A stretch of 64,000 nt of DNA, from the NCBI GenBank assembly GCA_965279735.1, contig OZ257260.1, positions 2,161,279 to 2,225,278 of the forward strand, written 5' to 3'. The translations under genes and the position numbers were made by a program. Each line of letters opens with the position of its first letter. The first letter of the stretch is position 1. Origin of the DNA: Steroidobacteraceae bacterium (lineage in GTDB: Bacteria > Pseudomonadota > Gammaproteobacteria > Steroidobacterales > Steroidobacteraceae). The notes beneath the pieces are model-generated. The model made no database searches, was not told the DNA's origin, and worked only from the letters and a program-made list of their open reading frames with translations. Below are positions 54,655 through 63,400 of the stretch, piece after piece.

Positions 54655-54793
54655 GGGTGATTTCCTGCCGGAAGGGAATGATCGCGAAAGTATAGACGCC
54701 CCGAAATGCAGGGCAGGCGCTATTTTCGATTCCTGAAGGCCATTGCTGATGGCCTGCCAGCCCAGGCCCTCTTTTGGTGCTTGCCTGTGTCTA

Positions 54794-56125
54794 CTAGCGC
54801 AACGGCGCAGGCCCCGTGTATTCAACGATGTAGAGACCGCCACCCGCACGATCTGCCGCGTAGATCAACCCCTTCTCGTCGACATAGACATCGTTGATCG
54901 CGATGTCCTCCATTTTTCCTGATGGCGCGGTGGGGACGAGCACGCCGATTTCCTGCGGCTTTTTCGGGTCAGCGATGGAGTACACACGCACGCCTGCGTT
55001 CTGGAAGGATGCGACTACGGTCTGGGTGAGCTTCGCAGCCGTTGCCTTCGGCCGGTTCATGTGGATGTTGTGCGCGCCGAACCGTCCTGCCTTGCAGAAC
55101 TCCTCAAGGCCCGCGGGATACGGAAACTGGGTGATTTCGTGCGGGTGGGTTTCGTCGCTGATATCCACGGTCCAGATGGGCTTCGGCCAGTCGGCGCAGG
55201 CTGGCTGGTTTGCTTCCTGCGTGACGATGGCGATATTGCGCTCGAAGAGCGGCAGGAATGAATGCCCGATGTATCCCGGCGTCACTGGAAACCAGGAACG
55301 CTGACCTATGAGCTTCGGCCTGGTCTTGTCCGCAATGTCGATGACGACAATGCCGCCATCGATCCACCCTGCATACACCCGATCGGGCCGCTCTGGAGAT
55401 ACAAACGCACTGTGCATCCGCACGCCGTCTTTCGTTTTCGTTCTCGGTAGCGGAGCGCCGGGCTCGCCTTTGCGCATCCCCGGCATCCACCAGCGACCGA
55501 TCTCCTTCGGGCTGCGCGGGTCGCGCATATCCACGATCATCAGGAACTGGTCATCGCCTCTTGGCGGCACCGCCGGAATGAAATCCGGAGAGCCGCTGGA
55601 TAGATACGCGTACTGGCCGTCGACGAACCACACGTAATGCGCGCCGCGGGATTCCCCTCCCGAAGTATTGAAATAGGAAATCTGTCTTGGCTTTGCGGGG
55701 TCGGTCACGTCGTAGACCAGAGCGCCACCCCCGGGCTGCCCTGGCAGATCGGTATTCTGCGCGACGACCATGGTCCGGCCGGAAACACCGAGGCTGTTGC
55801 AACGCACGTGTGGCGACAAGGTGGGCACCTGCGCCAGCACCCGGGGCGCCCGCGGGTTCGTCACATCAACCGTCGTGAAACAGGTGGGCGCTCCGGCGTG
55901 AGCGTAGAACAGCACCCGACGGCCGTCGGCATATTGCTCGAGGTCCAGGCCTTCCCCTCCGTTGCCGCGACCATTCAGGTCCGAGTGACCGACGATGCGC
56001 AGATTGAGCGCTTCACGGGGAGCGGGCTCCGCGGCTGAAGCCGCCATGGAGTATCCGGCCAACAGGAGCGCAAGCGCGCTTGATGCAGCGCACCGTACTT
56101 CTCGACGCCATGCTCGTGAGCTCAT
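54794..56125 (-). CDS. exported LVIVD-repeat beta-propeller protein
   Basis: From the ATG at 56125 there is a signal peptide (ALALLLAGYSMAASAAEP). Recurrent LVIVD-type units occur: ALVYDVTDPAKP, FLMIVDMRDPRSPKEI, GIVVIDIADKTRPK, VRVYSIADPKKPQEI and GLYIVEY. Confidence 0.7.
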   Translation of the reverse strand: MSSRAWRREVRCAASSALALLLAGYSMAASAAEPAPREALNLRIVGHSDLNGRGNGGEGLDLEQYADGRRVLFYAHAGAPTCFTTVDVTNPRAPRVLAQVPTLSPHVRCNSLGVSGRTMVVAQNTDLPGQPGGGALVYDVTDPAKPRQISYFNTSGGESRGAHYVWFVDGQYAYLSSGSPDFIPAVPPRGDDQFLMIVDMRDPRSPKEIGRWWMPGMRKGEPGAPLPRTKTKDGVRMHSAFVSPERPDRVYAGWIDGGIVVIDIADKTRPKLIGQRSWFPVTPGYIGHSFLPLFERNIAIVTQEANQPACADWPKPIWTVDISDETHPHEITQFPYPAGLEEFCKAGRFGAHNIHMNRPKATAAKLTQTVVASFQNAGVRVYSIADPKKPQEIGVLVPTAPSGKMEDIAINDVYVDEKGLIYAADRAGGGLYIVEYTGPAPLR

Positions 56126-56381
56126 TGCAAAACTCCTGCAGACAGAATCGCCGATCACATTCGATCGACTATACGGCGCGACACCCGGTCCGGCAAAGCA
56201 ATCAGCAGCACGAGACAACATTTCCAGCAGCCTCCCGTTTGCACACGGCGGCACAATGCCGCGATACTGCACGCGCCGTGAGCTTTCCGTCACTCAACAA
56301 GAGCCACCGCATGAAGAAAATCGCAATGGGAATCGCCGAGCTGGCATTGGCGGCCGCAGTACCTGCCAACGGGGGTTGACG

Positions 56382-56639
56382 ATGTCTTCGAGGAAGACAG
56401 CGTCGAAGCGACGGGATTTTCTGAAAGCAGGCGTCGCAGGCGCGTGGGCACTGGCCAGCGGCGCCAATGCACAGACAATGGCGAAAATTTCGAAGCAGGC
56501 GGCCGAGTACGAGGACCAGCCACGGGACATCCGGATGTGCGCAACCTGCTCGTTCTTCGAGGCACCGGCAGCGTGCAAAGTGGTTGAAGGGGAGGTCAGC
56601 GCGAAGGGCTGGTGCAACCTCTTTGCCATCGTTGATTGA
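56382..56639 (+). CDS. high-potential iron-sulfur protein (HiPIP) with Tat leader
   Basis: From the ATG at 56382 it reads MSSRKTASKRRDFLKAGVAGAWALASGANA. The four Cys sit in HiPIP spacing (MCATCSFF...ACKVV...KGWCNLF). Confidence 0.8.
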   Translation: MSSRKTASKRRDFLKAGVAGAWALASGANAQTMAKISKQAAEYEDQPRDIRMCATCSFFEAPAACKVVEGEVSAKGWCNLFAIVD

Positions 56640-56686
56640 ATAGTGGACTGACTTGGTCGCAGCGGATCAAACCTGAGGAACAGAAC

Positions 56687-58204
56687 ATGCGATTCCTGAC
56701 AGACGAAGACCGGGCGAGGCTGACCCCTTCCGAATTTCTGGAGGATGCGACGCCCATCCCGACCCAGATGGTTTCAAGCGATGAATGCCTGCCGTTTCCA
56801 CAGTCGGAAAAGCAGCGCGAATTGCAGGCGCGCCTGCTGCATCTCGGCGATGGACTCGCAAAGCGACAAGGCCTCTCCCGCCGGCAATTCTTCCAGACTG
56901 CGGCAGGCATGGCAGCGGCGTACGTCGCCCTGAACGAAACATTCGGCGGACTCTTCGATGTTTCAAGCGCTGAAGCCGCGACGCCCGAGATGGCGCAGGC
57001 CCGGGCGGACGCACTCAAGGACCAGTTCATCATGGACATGCATACGCATTTCCTGCGTGACGACACACGGCTGACGCAGTTCATCAACATGCGCGCCGCG
57101 GTCGGCATTGCCGGGTGGAACAAGAGCCTCTCGGGGAAGGAGCAGACGATCGAGGATCTCAAGTACGAGAACTACATCAAGGAGATGTTCCTCGACAGCG
57201 ACAGCAAGATCGTGCTCATTTCCTCCGCGCCGTCGGACATCGAACAGGACTGGTTCCTCACCAACAGGCAGATGGCGGAAGCGCGGGACAAGGTGAACCA
57301 GCGGTTTGGATCGCGACGGCTGTTTTCGCACGCGATCTTCACGCCCGGCCAGCCCGGCTGGCTGGAACAGGTCGATGCCGCCATCGAGCTCAAGCCCGAA
57401 TCCATGAAGGGCTACACCGTCGGTGACAACACACACAAGGACATCAGCCGCTATCCGTGGCGTCTCGATGATGAAAAGGTCACCTACAAGGCGTACGAGA
57501 AGTTCGTGAAAGCGGGCATCAAGAACGTCTGCGTGCACAAAGGCCTGTTTGCGCCGCCCCTTGACAAGCAATTTCCTGCCCTGCGTCCATTCGCAGATGC
57601 GAGCGATGTAGGCAAGGCGGCGAAGGACTGGCCGCAGCTCAATTTCATCATCTATCACGGGGCCTATCGCCACGTCGGCGGCGACCCCAAGGTCGCGCTC
57701 GCAGAGTTTGAACAGACCGGCCGTATCGCCTGGACCAGCGACCTCGCCGATATTCCGGAGAAGTATGGGGTCAACAACGTCTATGCCGATGTGGGCCAGC
57801 TATTCGCAACGACCCTGATCGCGGAACCGCGAGTCACCGCCGCCCTGTTGGGGACGATGATCAAGCACATGGGGGTCGACAAGGTGTGTTGGGGCACCGA
57901 TGCCGTGTGGACCGGCTCACCGCAATGGCAGATCGAGGGCCTCCGCCGTATCGAGATTCCCGAAGACATGCAGAAGAAATATGGCTTCGCGCCGCTCGGT
58001 GCAGCCAATGGTCCGGTCAAGAGTGCGATCTTCGGCGGCAACAATGCCCGCCTCTACAACATCGACCCGAAGCGGGCTGCGGTGGAACTGAAGCAGGACA
58101 AGCTCTCGGAGCTGAAAGCCGAGTACGAACGTAATGGACCTGCACGCAGCAACCTGCGCTTCGGGTACGTTGCCGGACCCGCGGACCATTCGGCCTTCGC
58201 CTGA
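56687..58204 (+). CDS. amidohydrolase family protein with an internal twin-arginine motif
   Basis: The ATG at 56687 is preceded by GAGGAA. The motif SRRQFFQTAAGMAAAYVAL begins ~60 aa in. The metal motif is MDMHTHF. 505 aa. Confidence 0.8.
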   Translation: MRFLTDEDRARLTPSEFLEDATPIPTQMVSSDECLPFPQSEKQRELQARLLHLGDGLAKRQGLSRRQFFQTAAGMAAAYVALNETFGGLFDVSSAEAATPEMAQARADALKDQFIMDMHTHFLRDDTRLTQFINMRAAVGIAGWNKSLSGKEQTIEDLKYENYIKEMFLDSDSKIVLISSAPSDIEQDWFLTNRQMAEARDKVNQRFGSRRLFSHAIFTPGQPGWLEQVDAAIELKPESMKGYTVGDNTHKDISRYPWRLDDEKVTYKAYEKFVKAGIKNVCVHKGLFAPPLDKQFPALRPFADASDVGKAAKDWPQLNFIIYHGAYRHVGGDPKVALAEFEQTGRIAWTSDLADIPEKYGVNNVYADVGQLFATTLIAEPRVTAALLGTMIKHMGVDKVCWGTDAVWTGSPQWQIEGLRRIEIPEDMQKKYGFAPLGAANGPVKSAIFGGNNARLYNIDPKRAAVELKQDKLSELKAEYERNGPARSNLRFGYVAGPADHSAFA

Positions 58205-58206
58205 CC

Positions 58207-59526
58207 CTACTGCTGATAGCTGCGGGGGAACGTCACCCGGAATGTGGTGCCCTCCCCTGCAGCGGTCTCGAGTTCGATGCTGGCGTCGAGCAGTTCGCAG
58301 AGGCGTTTGACGATCGAGAGCCCGATGCCCTCGCCGGAGGGTGGCTGATGGGACCGGGAATCGCTTTGTGATGCGAGCGTCGGCGCGGGAGTCGCGGGTT
58401 CGGAAGCGCGGCCTTCGTCCTGCGCCCTTTCTTCCACGGCCTGCGCCTCGGTGGTCGCCTCTTTCAGCGCGTGCTCGATCGGCGTCACGCTTTTGGCGCT
58501 GAAGCCCGGGCCTGTATCCTGCACACAGACGATCCATTGCATCTGCCGCTCACCGGTGCCCTCTTCCCAGATCACGCGAACGCCGCCCCGTTCCGTCATC
58601 TTCAATGCGTTGAGCACCAGGTTCTGGACTATGCGCCGCACTTTTACCGCGTCGCCTTCGACACGGAGAGAGTCAGGCCCCACCGCCTGCAGGAACAGTC
58701 CGCGCTCTTCGGCACTGGGACGCATCGAATCGCAGAACTCCCCGAGAAGAGCCGCGGCATCGAAGGCGCTCACCTTCCGCTGCTCATGGCCAGCCTCAAG
58801 TCGCGCCTGGTCCATCAGGTCGCTCACCAGCTGGCTCAGCGAAGCCACTTCGACACGCAGGATTTCCGAATACTGGGTGAATTTGGATTCCGACACGCCG
58901 TCGCGATTGAGTACTCCGGAGGCAATCGCGATCACATGCGTGGTCCCCCGCAGGTCATGCGACGCTTCCCGCCAGGCTTCCGCGCGCTCCCGTTCGAGAC
59001 TCTGGACCTGCTTCAGTGCAGTCTCGAGGTCGCGTAGCCGGCTGCCTGCTTCGGTTTGCTGAAGCGTCACGTACCGCGTTGCACTGGCACAGACTCCGTC
59101 GCTGCAGAGCCTGACCAACGCACGCAATGCGGTAGGCACGACGCTGGAAACCAGCTCGGGATGCGTCGCGCCGTAACGCTCGATCTCGTGCAGGAGGGAC
59201 AGATGAAGATGTCCCCACTCGCACATGGCTTCCGGAAGGTTGTAGCCCTGCTGCCAGCGATGCAGGCCATGCTCGGAAGCATTCTGCCGTTCATCCTCAA
59301 GCGCCTGCGCCCTGGTCGCGGAATCCTCGGCACACAACCTTCGCTCGAATGCATCGAGAACCGCGGGGATATGGTCGTTGAACTGATTGCGGGTAGTCGC
59401 CGAACCCGTCGTCAGCGTCGGGTCCAGATCAACGCCGCGGCGCCAGGAGGACAGGATCGCTTCCCTGCGCTCATGCAGATGCAAGGCCAGCGAGGTCAGC
59501 TGATCATTGACGGTCGGGTCGGTCAT
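58207..59526 (-). CDS. cytoplasmic sensor histidine kinase (no adjacent response regulator)
   Basis: From the ATG at 59526. The H-box is EASHDLRGTTHV and the HATPase_c segments are DTGPGF and GEGIGLSIVKRL. The N-terminal helical sensor is RsbRD-N-like (tentative). There are no TM segments. Confidence 0.85.
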   Translation of the reverse strand: MTDPTVNDQLTSLALHLHERREAILSSWRRGVDLDPTLTTGSATTRNQFNDHIPAVLDAFERRLCAEDSATRAQALEDERQNASEHGLHRWQQGYNLPEAMCEWGHLHLSLLHEIERYGATHPELVSSVVPTALRALVRLCSDGVCASATRYVTLQQTEAGSRLRDLETALKQVQSLERERAEAWREASHDLRGTTHVIAIASGVLNRDGVSESKFTQYSEILRVEVASLSQLVSDLMDQARLEAGHEQRKVSAFDAAALLGEFCDSMRPSAEERGLFLQAVGPDSLRVEGDAVKVRRIVQNLVLNALKMTERGGVRVIWEEGTGERQMQWIVCVQDTGPGFSAKSVTPIEHALKEATTEAQAVEERAQDEGRASEPATPAPTLASQSDSRSHQPPSGEGIGLSIVKRLCELLDASIELETAAGEGTTFRVTFPRSYQQ

Positions 59527-59542
59527 CGATTCTCGTGATTGT

Positions 59543-60364
59543 TCAGCGTGGCTCAAGGGCAATCGGAATTGTCTGGACGACTTCGAATGCGTTGCTCGCG
59601 GCATGGTCCCATCTTTCGACAGTACAACGCCTGATGGATTCATCCGGCGAGTAACGGATGATGTTCACGGAGTTCGGGATGCCGCCCCGGATCCGGGTAG
59701 AGACAGCCGTACCAGCCTGCACCGCCCAGAGGGAGCGCGACAGTAAGGGTATGTCCTCATTGATCCGCCGCACGTAGGGTAGATGAATGTGCCCACCCAG
59801 GATCAGATCGGCGCCCGCGTCAGCCCAGGCGCGCAACGCCTCCGACGCGCCATGGAGCCGGTTCTTGCAATCCGCCGCCGTAATGACATGCGCGGGTTGA
59901 TGCGTGACGACGATGCGTAGCTGCCCCGGTTGCGCAGCTTCAAGGCGTGCCTTCACCGTCGCCACCTGGGCCGCCGACACTTCGCCATCCTCATGACGGC
60001 CAGGTCGGGTCGTATTGACGCCAATCACGAGCAAGGCCGGCAGGGAGATCTCCGGTTCAAGATTCTCGCCGAAGGCTTTCCGGAAGCCGGCATAGGGGCT
60101 CAGCATCCGGGCGGCCAGGTTGAAGAGCGGAATATCGTGATTGCCGGGAATCGCGAGCTTATGGGGCGCAGAAAGCGCAGTGAAAAATCGCCCTGCCGCC
60201 GTGAACTGGTGACTACGTGCACGTTGCGTGATGTCGCCGCTCAGGATCACGACATCGGGCTGCTCTCGCGAGCACAACGCCAACAGCGCTGCCACCACGG
60301 CTTGCTGTTCGGTGCCGAAATGTGGATCGGAAATATGCAGGATCGTGAGCGCCGATTCACTCAC
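59543..60364 (-). CDS. metallophosphoesterase (CpdA/calcineurin-like)
   Basis: The motifs are LHISDPHFG, SGDITQRA, GNHD and GGHIH. Confidence 0.85.
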   Translation of the reverse strand: MSESALTILHISDPHFGTEQQAVVAALLALCSREQPDVVILSGDITQRARSHQFTAAGRFFTALSAPHKLAIPGNHDIPLFNLAARMLSPYAGFRKAFGENLEPEISLPALLVIGVNTTRPGRHEDGEVSAAQVATVKARLEAAQPGQLRIVVTHQPAHVITAADCKNRLHGASEALRAWADAGADLILGGHIHLPYVRRINEDIPLLSRSLWAVQAGTAVSTRIRGGIPNSVNIIRYSPDESIRRCTVERWDHAASNAFEVVQTIPIALEPR

Positions 60365-61302
60365 CGGGCGGCCTCGCGTGGCGTTGCAGGCAGACGCATC
60401 AAGCGCAGCGTTCGCGGCTCCACGGTGAAAGTGAGCGGCGACGACAGCATGGCAATCTCTCCATCCGTCGCGACCTTGATGAGACGGCTGCGGCTACCGC
60501 GCAGCTTGACGACGAGTTGCGTGAAACTGAAGGAGTCGACGCCTTCATCTGCGCCCAACGAACCCATCGCGCCCCGAATCGCGGCTCTCGCGAGCCCCCA
60601 TTTCCCCGCTGCGCGGACGACCACGGCGGCGAGCTGCCCTTGCCGTACTACCGCCGCTTCATCGATACCTACCTGCTCCAGTTGCAACCGGCTGTTGCCC
60701 ACGAAAAGCGTTGAAGTTGCTGCGGTCCGCTTTTCACCCTGGTGGTCATACTCGAGCAGCAGCGAGCGGTGATCGCGAAAGAGGGTCGCGAGGCCTGCGC
60801 ACATCGCGACGAAGCGCGTACGGCCGAAGCGTTTCTTGAACGCCTCGCGATCCTCCAGCAGGTCCGGATACAGGCCCACGCTCGCATTCACCAGGAATAC
60901 GCGGCCGTTCACCAGCCCCACCTGCACCGGCCTTTCCACCGCTGCAAGAAGGGTCCGGGTTGCCTCGGCGATATCCGTCGGGATGCCGTACGAACGGCCG
61001 AAATAGTTGAAGGTACCGGCTGGCAGAACGCCAAAAAGCAGCTGCTGTTCCACTGCAAGCTGTGCGACGGTGCGCAGGGTACCGTCGCCTCCTGCGGCCA
61101 CCAGCACCCCATCCTCTTCACGCGCGCGATTTGCCATGCGCGCAGTATGCTTTTCAATCTCGCCCGGAGCGCCAGCTACGGCAAGCTCGCAGCGACGTCC
61201 GGAAGCAGCGAATATTTCCTTGATGGTCGCGACATCGGCGTCGACCGTCTGCTGGCCCGATCCTCCGTTCAGGACTATGAAGAATGGGGTATTGTCGTGC
61301 AT
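60361..61302 (-). CDS. diacylglycerol/lipid kinase family protein (YegS-like)
   Basis: FFIVLNGGSG and VAAGGDGTLR (GGDGT) are present. It overlaps the phosphoesterase start by 4 nt. The start is 61302 or 61329. Confidence 0.85.
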   Translation of the reverse strand: MHDNTPFFIVLNGGSGQQTVDADVATIKEIFAASGRRCELAVAGAPGEIEKHTARMANRAREEDGVLVAAGGDGTLRTVAQLAVEQQLLFGVLPAGTFNYFGRSYGIPTDIAEATRTLLAAVERPVQVGLVNGRVFLVNASVGLYPDLLEDREAFKKRFGRTRFVAMCAGLATLFRDHRSLLLEYDHQGEKRTAATSTLFVGNSRLQLEQVGIDEAAVVRQGQLAAVVVRAAGKWGLARAAIRGAMGSLGADEGVDSFSFTQLVVKLRGSRSRLIKVATDGEIAMLSSPLTFTVEPRTLRLMRLPATPREAAR

Positions 61303-61373
61303 CGTCGCCGCCACAGATGCCACGATCACCGCCGCATGTCAAAGCAAAGACGCAATTTCCCGGATTGAAAAAA

Positions 61374-62078
61374 ATGCAGGCAGTGCGTCGGGGCTTTTCC
61401 ACGGTGATTGCATTGGCGAAGCGCGAACTCGCCGCGGCGCTCGCGCTGCTTCTCATTGCAGGCGGCAGCCTGCTCTTCCTTGAGCTGGCGGAGGAAGTTT
61501 CCGAAGGTGAATCACACGAGGTCGATCGCGCGATCATGCTGGCGTTGCGCAACCCGGCGGATCTCTCCATTCCCCGCGGACCCGCCTGGTTACATCACGC
61601 GATGGTGGATATCACGAGCCTCGGCAGCAGTACCTGCCTGGCCCTGGTTACCCTCTTCACGGCGGGTCTGCTGCTGATCCTGAAGAAACGCCTTGAAGCG
61701 GTGCTGGTCGTGGTCGCCGTGACGGGGGCAGCCACTTTCATGACACTGTTGAAAGGCTTTTTCGACCGCTCGCGGCCGGATGTAGTGCCGCATCTCGTCG
61801 AGGTCTTCAATGAAAGCTTCCCGAGCGGGCATGCCATGGTGTCAACCGCGACCTACCTCACGCTCGGGACCCTGAGCGCTCACGCCAGCGAGCGACACCT
61901 TGCGGCGTACATTCTGGCTGCCGCCGCTTTGCTGACCATACTGATCGGCTGCAGCCGCGTGTACCTCGGCGTGCACTGGCCCACCGACGTGCTCGCCGGC
62001 TGGTGCGCCGGGGCCGTATGGGCCATGGGCTGCTGGCTCATCACCGTCTGGCTCCAGCGGCGCTCGCCGCGACGCTAG
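61374..62078 (+). CDS. PAP2 family phosphatase (membrane)
   Basis: The acid phosphatase motifs are KGFFDRSRPD, PSGH and SRVYLGVHWPTD. There are ~5 TM segments. Confidence 0.85.
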   Translation: MQAVRRGFSTVIALAKRELAAALALLLIAGGSLLFLELAEEVSEGESHEVDRAIMLALRNPADLSIPRGPAWLHHAMVDITSLGSSTCLALVTLFTAGLLLILKKRLEAVLVVVAVTGAATFMTLLKGFFDRSRPDVVPHLVEVFNESFPSGHAMVSTATYLTLGTLSAHASERHLAAYILAAAALLTILIGCSRVYLGVHWPTDVLAGWCAGAVWAMGCWLITVWLQRRSPRR

Positions 62079-63316
62079 CGCGGTTCGATCCGCAGGATTG
62101 CGCCCTGGTCTTCGTCGGTCACGACGTACAGCAAGCCATCAGGACCCTGTTGTACGTCGCGAATCCGCTGACCCAGATCGGCCAGCAAAGTCTCGCGACG
62201 CAGCTCTTCCATCTTCTCGTTGAAGAGGATGCGGTCGACGCGACCCGTGCCCGGAATTTCTCCGGTGCGCAAGCCGCCGACGAATACATCGCCGGTCCAC
62301 TTCGCCAGCTTGTCGCCGGTGTAGAAGGTGAAGCCGGAAACCGCGATCGCGGGCGTCCAGTAAACGACGGGGGGCTCGTAGCCCACGTGCGTCGGCAGAT
62401 CGGCCTGCCACGGACCCGGATATTTGCGCCCGTAGCTGACGAGCGGCCAGCCATAGTTCTTACCGGCGCGAATGACGTTGAGCTCATCGCCTCCGTTCGG
62501 ACCGTTCTCGCTTTCCCATACCTCACCGGTTTGCGGATGGAGGGCCAACCCGAGCGGACTGCGATGGCCGAGCGTGTAGATCTCAGGCTTGTAGCCAGCC
62601 TGGCCAACGAACGGATTGTCGCTCGGCACACTGCCATCGTCGCGGATGCGGAGAACCTTGCCGCCGTAGTTGCCGGGAGCCTGTGCATCGCCGCCACTCG
62701 TACCGATGTACAGCATGCCATCACGACCGAACGCGATGGGCACAGCGCCGCCCGCGTTGTCGTTGGCGACGAAGATGTCCTTCAGTTCAGCAAGTCCCTG
62801 CGCCGTCCATTTCGCCCGTGCCACGGCAATGCTCCTCTTGTCGTCGCCGAGCGGCTTCGTGTAACTGATGTACAGGAGCTGGTTCTGTGCGAACTGCGGA
62901 TGCAGCGCGACATCCATGTAACCGTGCACCGCGCCAGGGAGTCCGGAGATGCCCCTGGAAAATGCCACCGGACCGCCGCTGACGGGATTGGGATCCAGCT
63001 TGCCGTTGCGGATCACGCGCAGGCGACCTGCCCGCTCGGTCACGAGCAGTGTGCCATCCGGCAGGAACGTTGCACTGAAGGGATGGCTGAGTTCCTTCGT
63101 GACGACGACCACACGGATGTCCTGGCCTTCGCCCGTGGGGTAGTTGAAAGGGCCGTCATGGAGCGGCCGATCAGCAAGGCCGTCAGGCGCAATCGGGATT
63201 CCGGACTGGAAGGGCACGGTCCGCTGCGCGAATGCCGGCGCCATGACAGTGGTGGCCAGGACGGCCATGAGCGGCCAGCGCGCCCGCCTGGGTTGCAACA
63301 CCTGCGAATTCGACAT
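62075..63316 (-). CDS. PQQ-dependent soluble sugar dehydrogenase (paralog of 41347..42615)
   Basis: 413 aa with a signal peptide. The motifs are LGHRSPLGLAL, GPNGGDELNVIRAGKNYGWP and GLLYVVTDEDQGAILRIEP. Confidence 0.85.
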   Translation of the reverse strand: MSNSQVLQPRRARWPLMAVLATTVMAPAFAQRTVPFQSGIPIAPDGLADRPLHDGPFNYPTGEGQDIRVVVVTKELSHPFSATFLPDGTLLVTERAGRLRVIRNGKLDPNPVSGGPVAFSRGISGLPGAVHGYMDVALHPQFAQNQLLYISYTKPLGDDKRSIAVARAKWTAQGLAELKDIFVANDNAGGAVPIAFGRDGMLYIGTSGGDAQAPGNYGGKVLRIRDDGSVPSDNPFVGQAGYKPEIYTLGHRSPLGLALHPQTGEVWESENGPNGGDELNVIRAGKNYGWPLVSYGRKYPGPWQADLPTHVGYEPPVVYWTPAIAVSGFTFYTGDKLAKWTGDVFVGGLRTGEIPGTGRVDRILFNEKMEELRRETLLADLGQRIRDVQQGPDGLLYVVTDEDQGAILRIEPR

Positions 63317-63400
63317 GAAGGGTCCCCCGGTTTTACTCGACGCCGGAGTATAGGACGAGCTTCACCCGGGAAGCTCGCCAGTCAGGACCCTCTCTTCTGT

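Noticed and set aside
54689-54694. A TATACT -10-like hexamer (minus strand) ~35 nt upstream of the proposed TTG start of the TraL-like gene.
   Set aside because: There is no acceptable -35 element at the proper spacing, and an isolated hexamer match is expected by chance.
51938-54790. Treating the low-GC VWA-PASTA gene plus the TraL-like ATPase as a bona fide genomic island or mobile element.
   Set aside because: I found no integrase, flanking tRNA or flanking direct repeats. Only the VWA-PASTA gene and its leader look compositionally deviant, and the ATPase gene looks native in GC. It is reported as gene-level findings rather than as a mobile_element feature.
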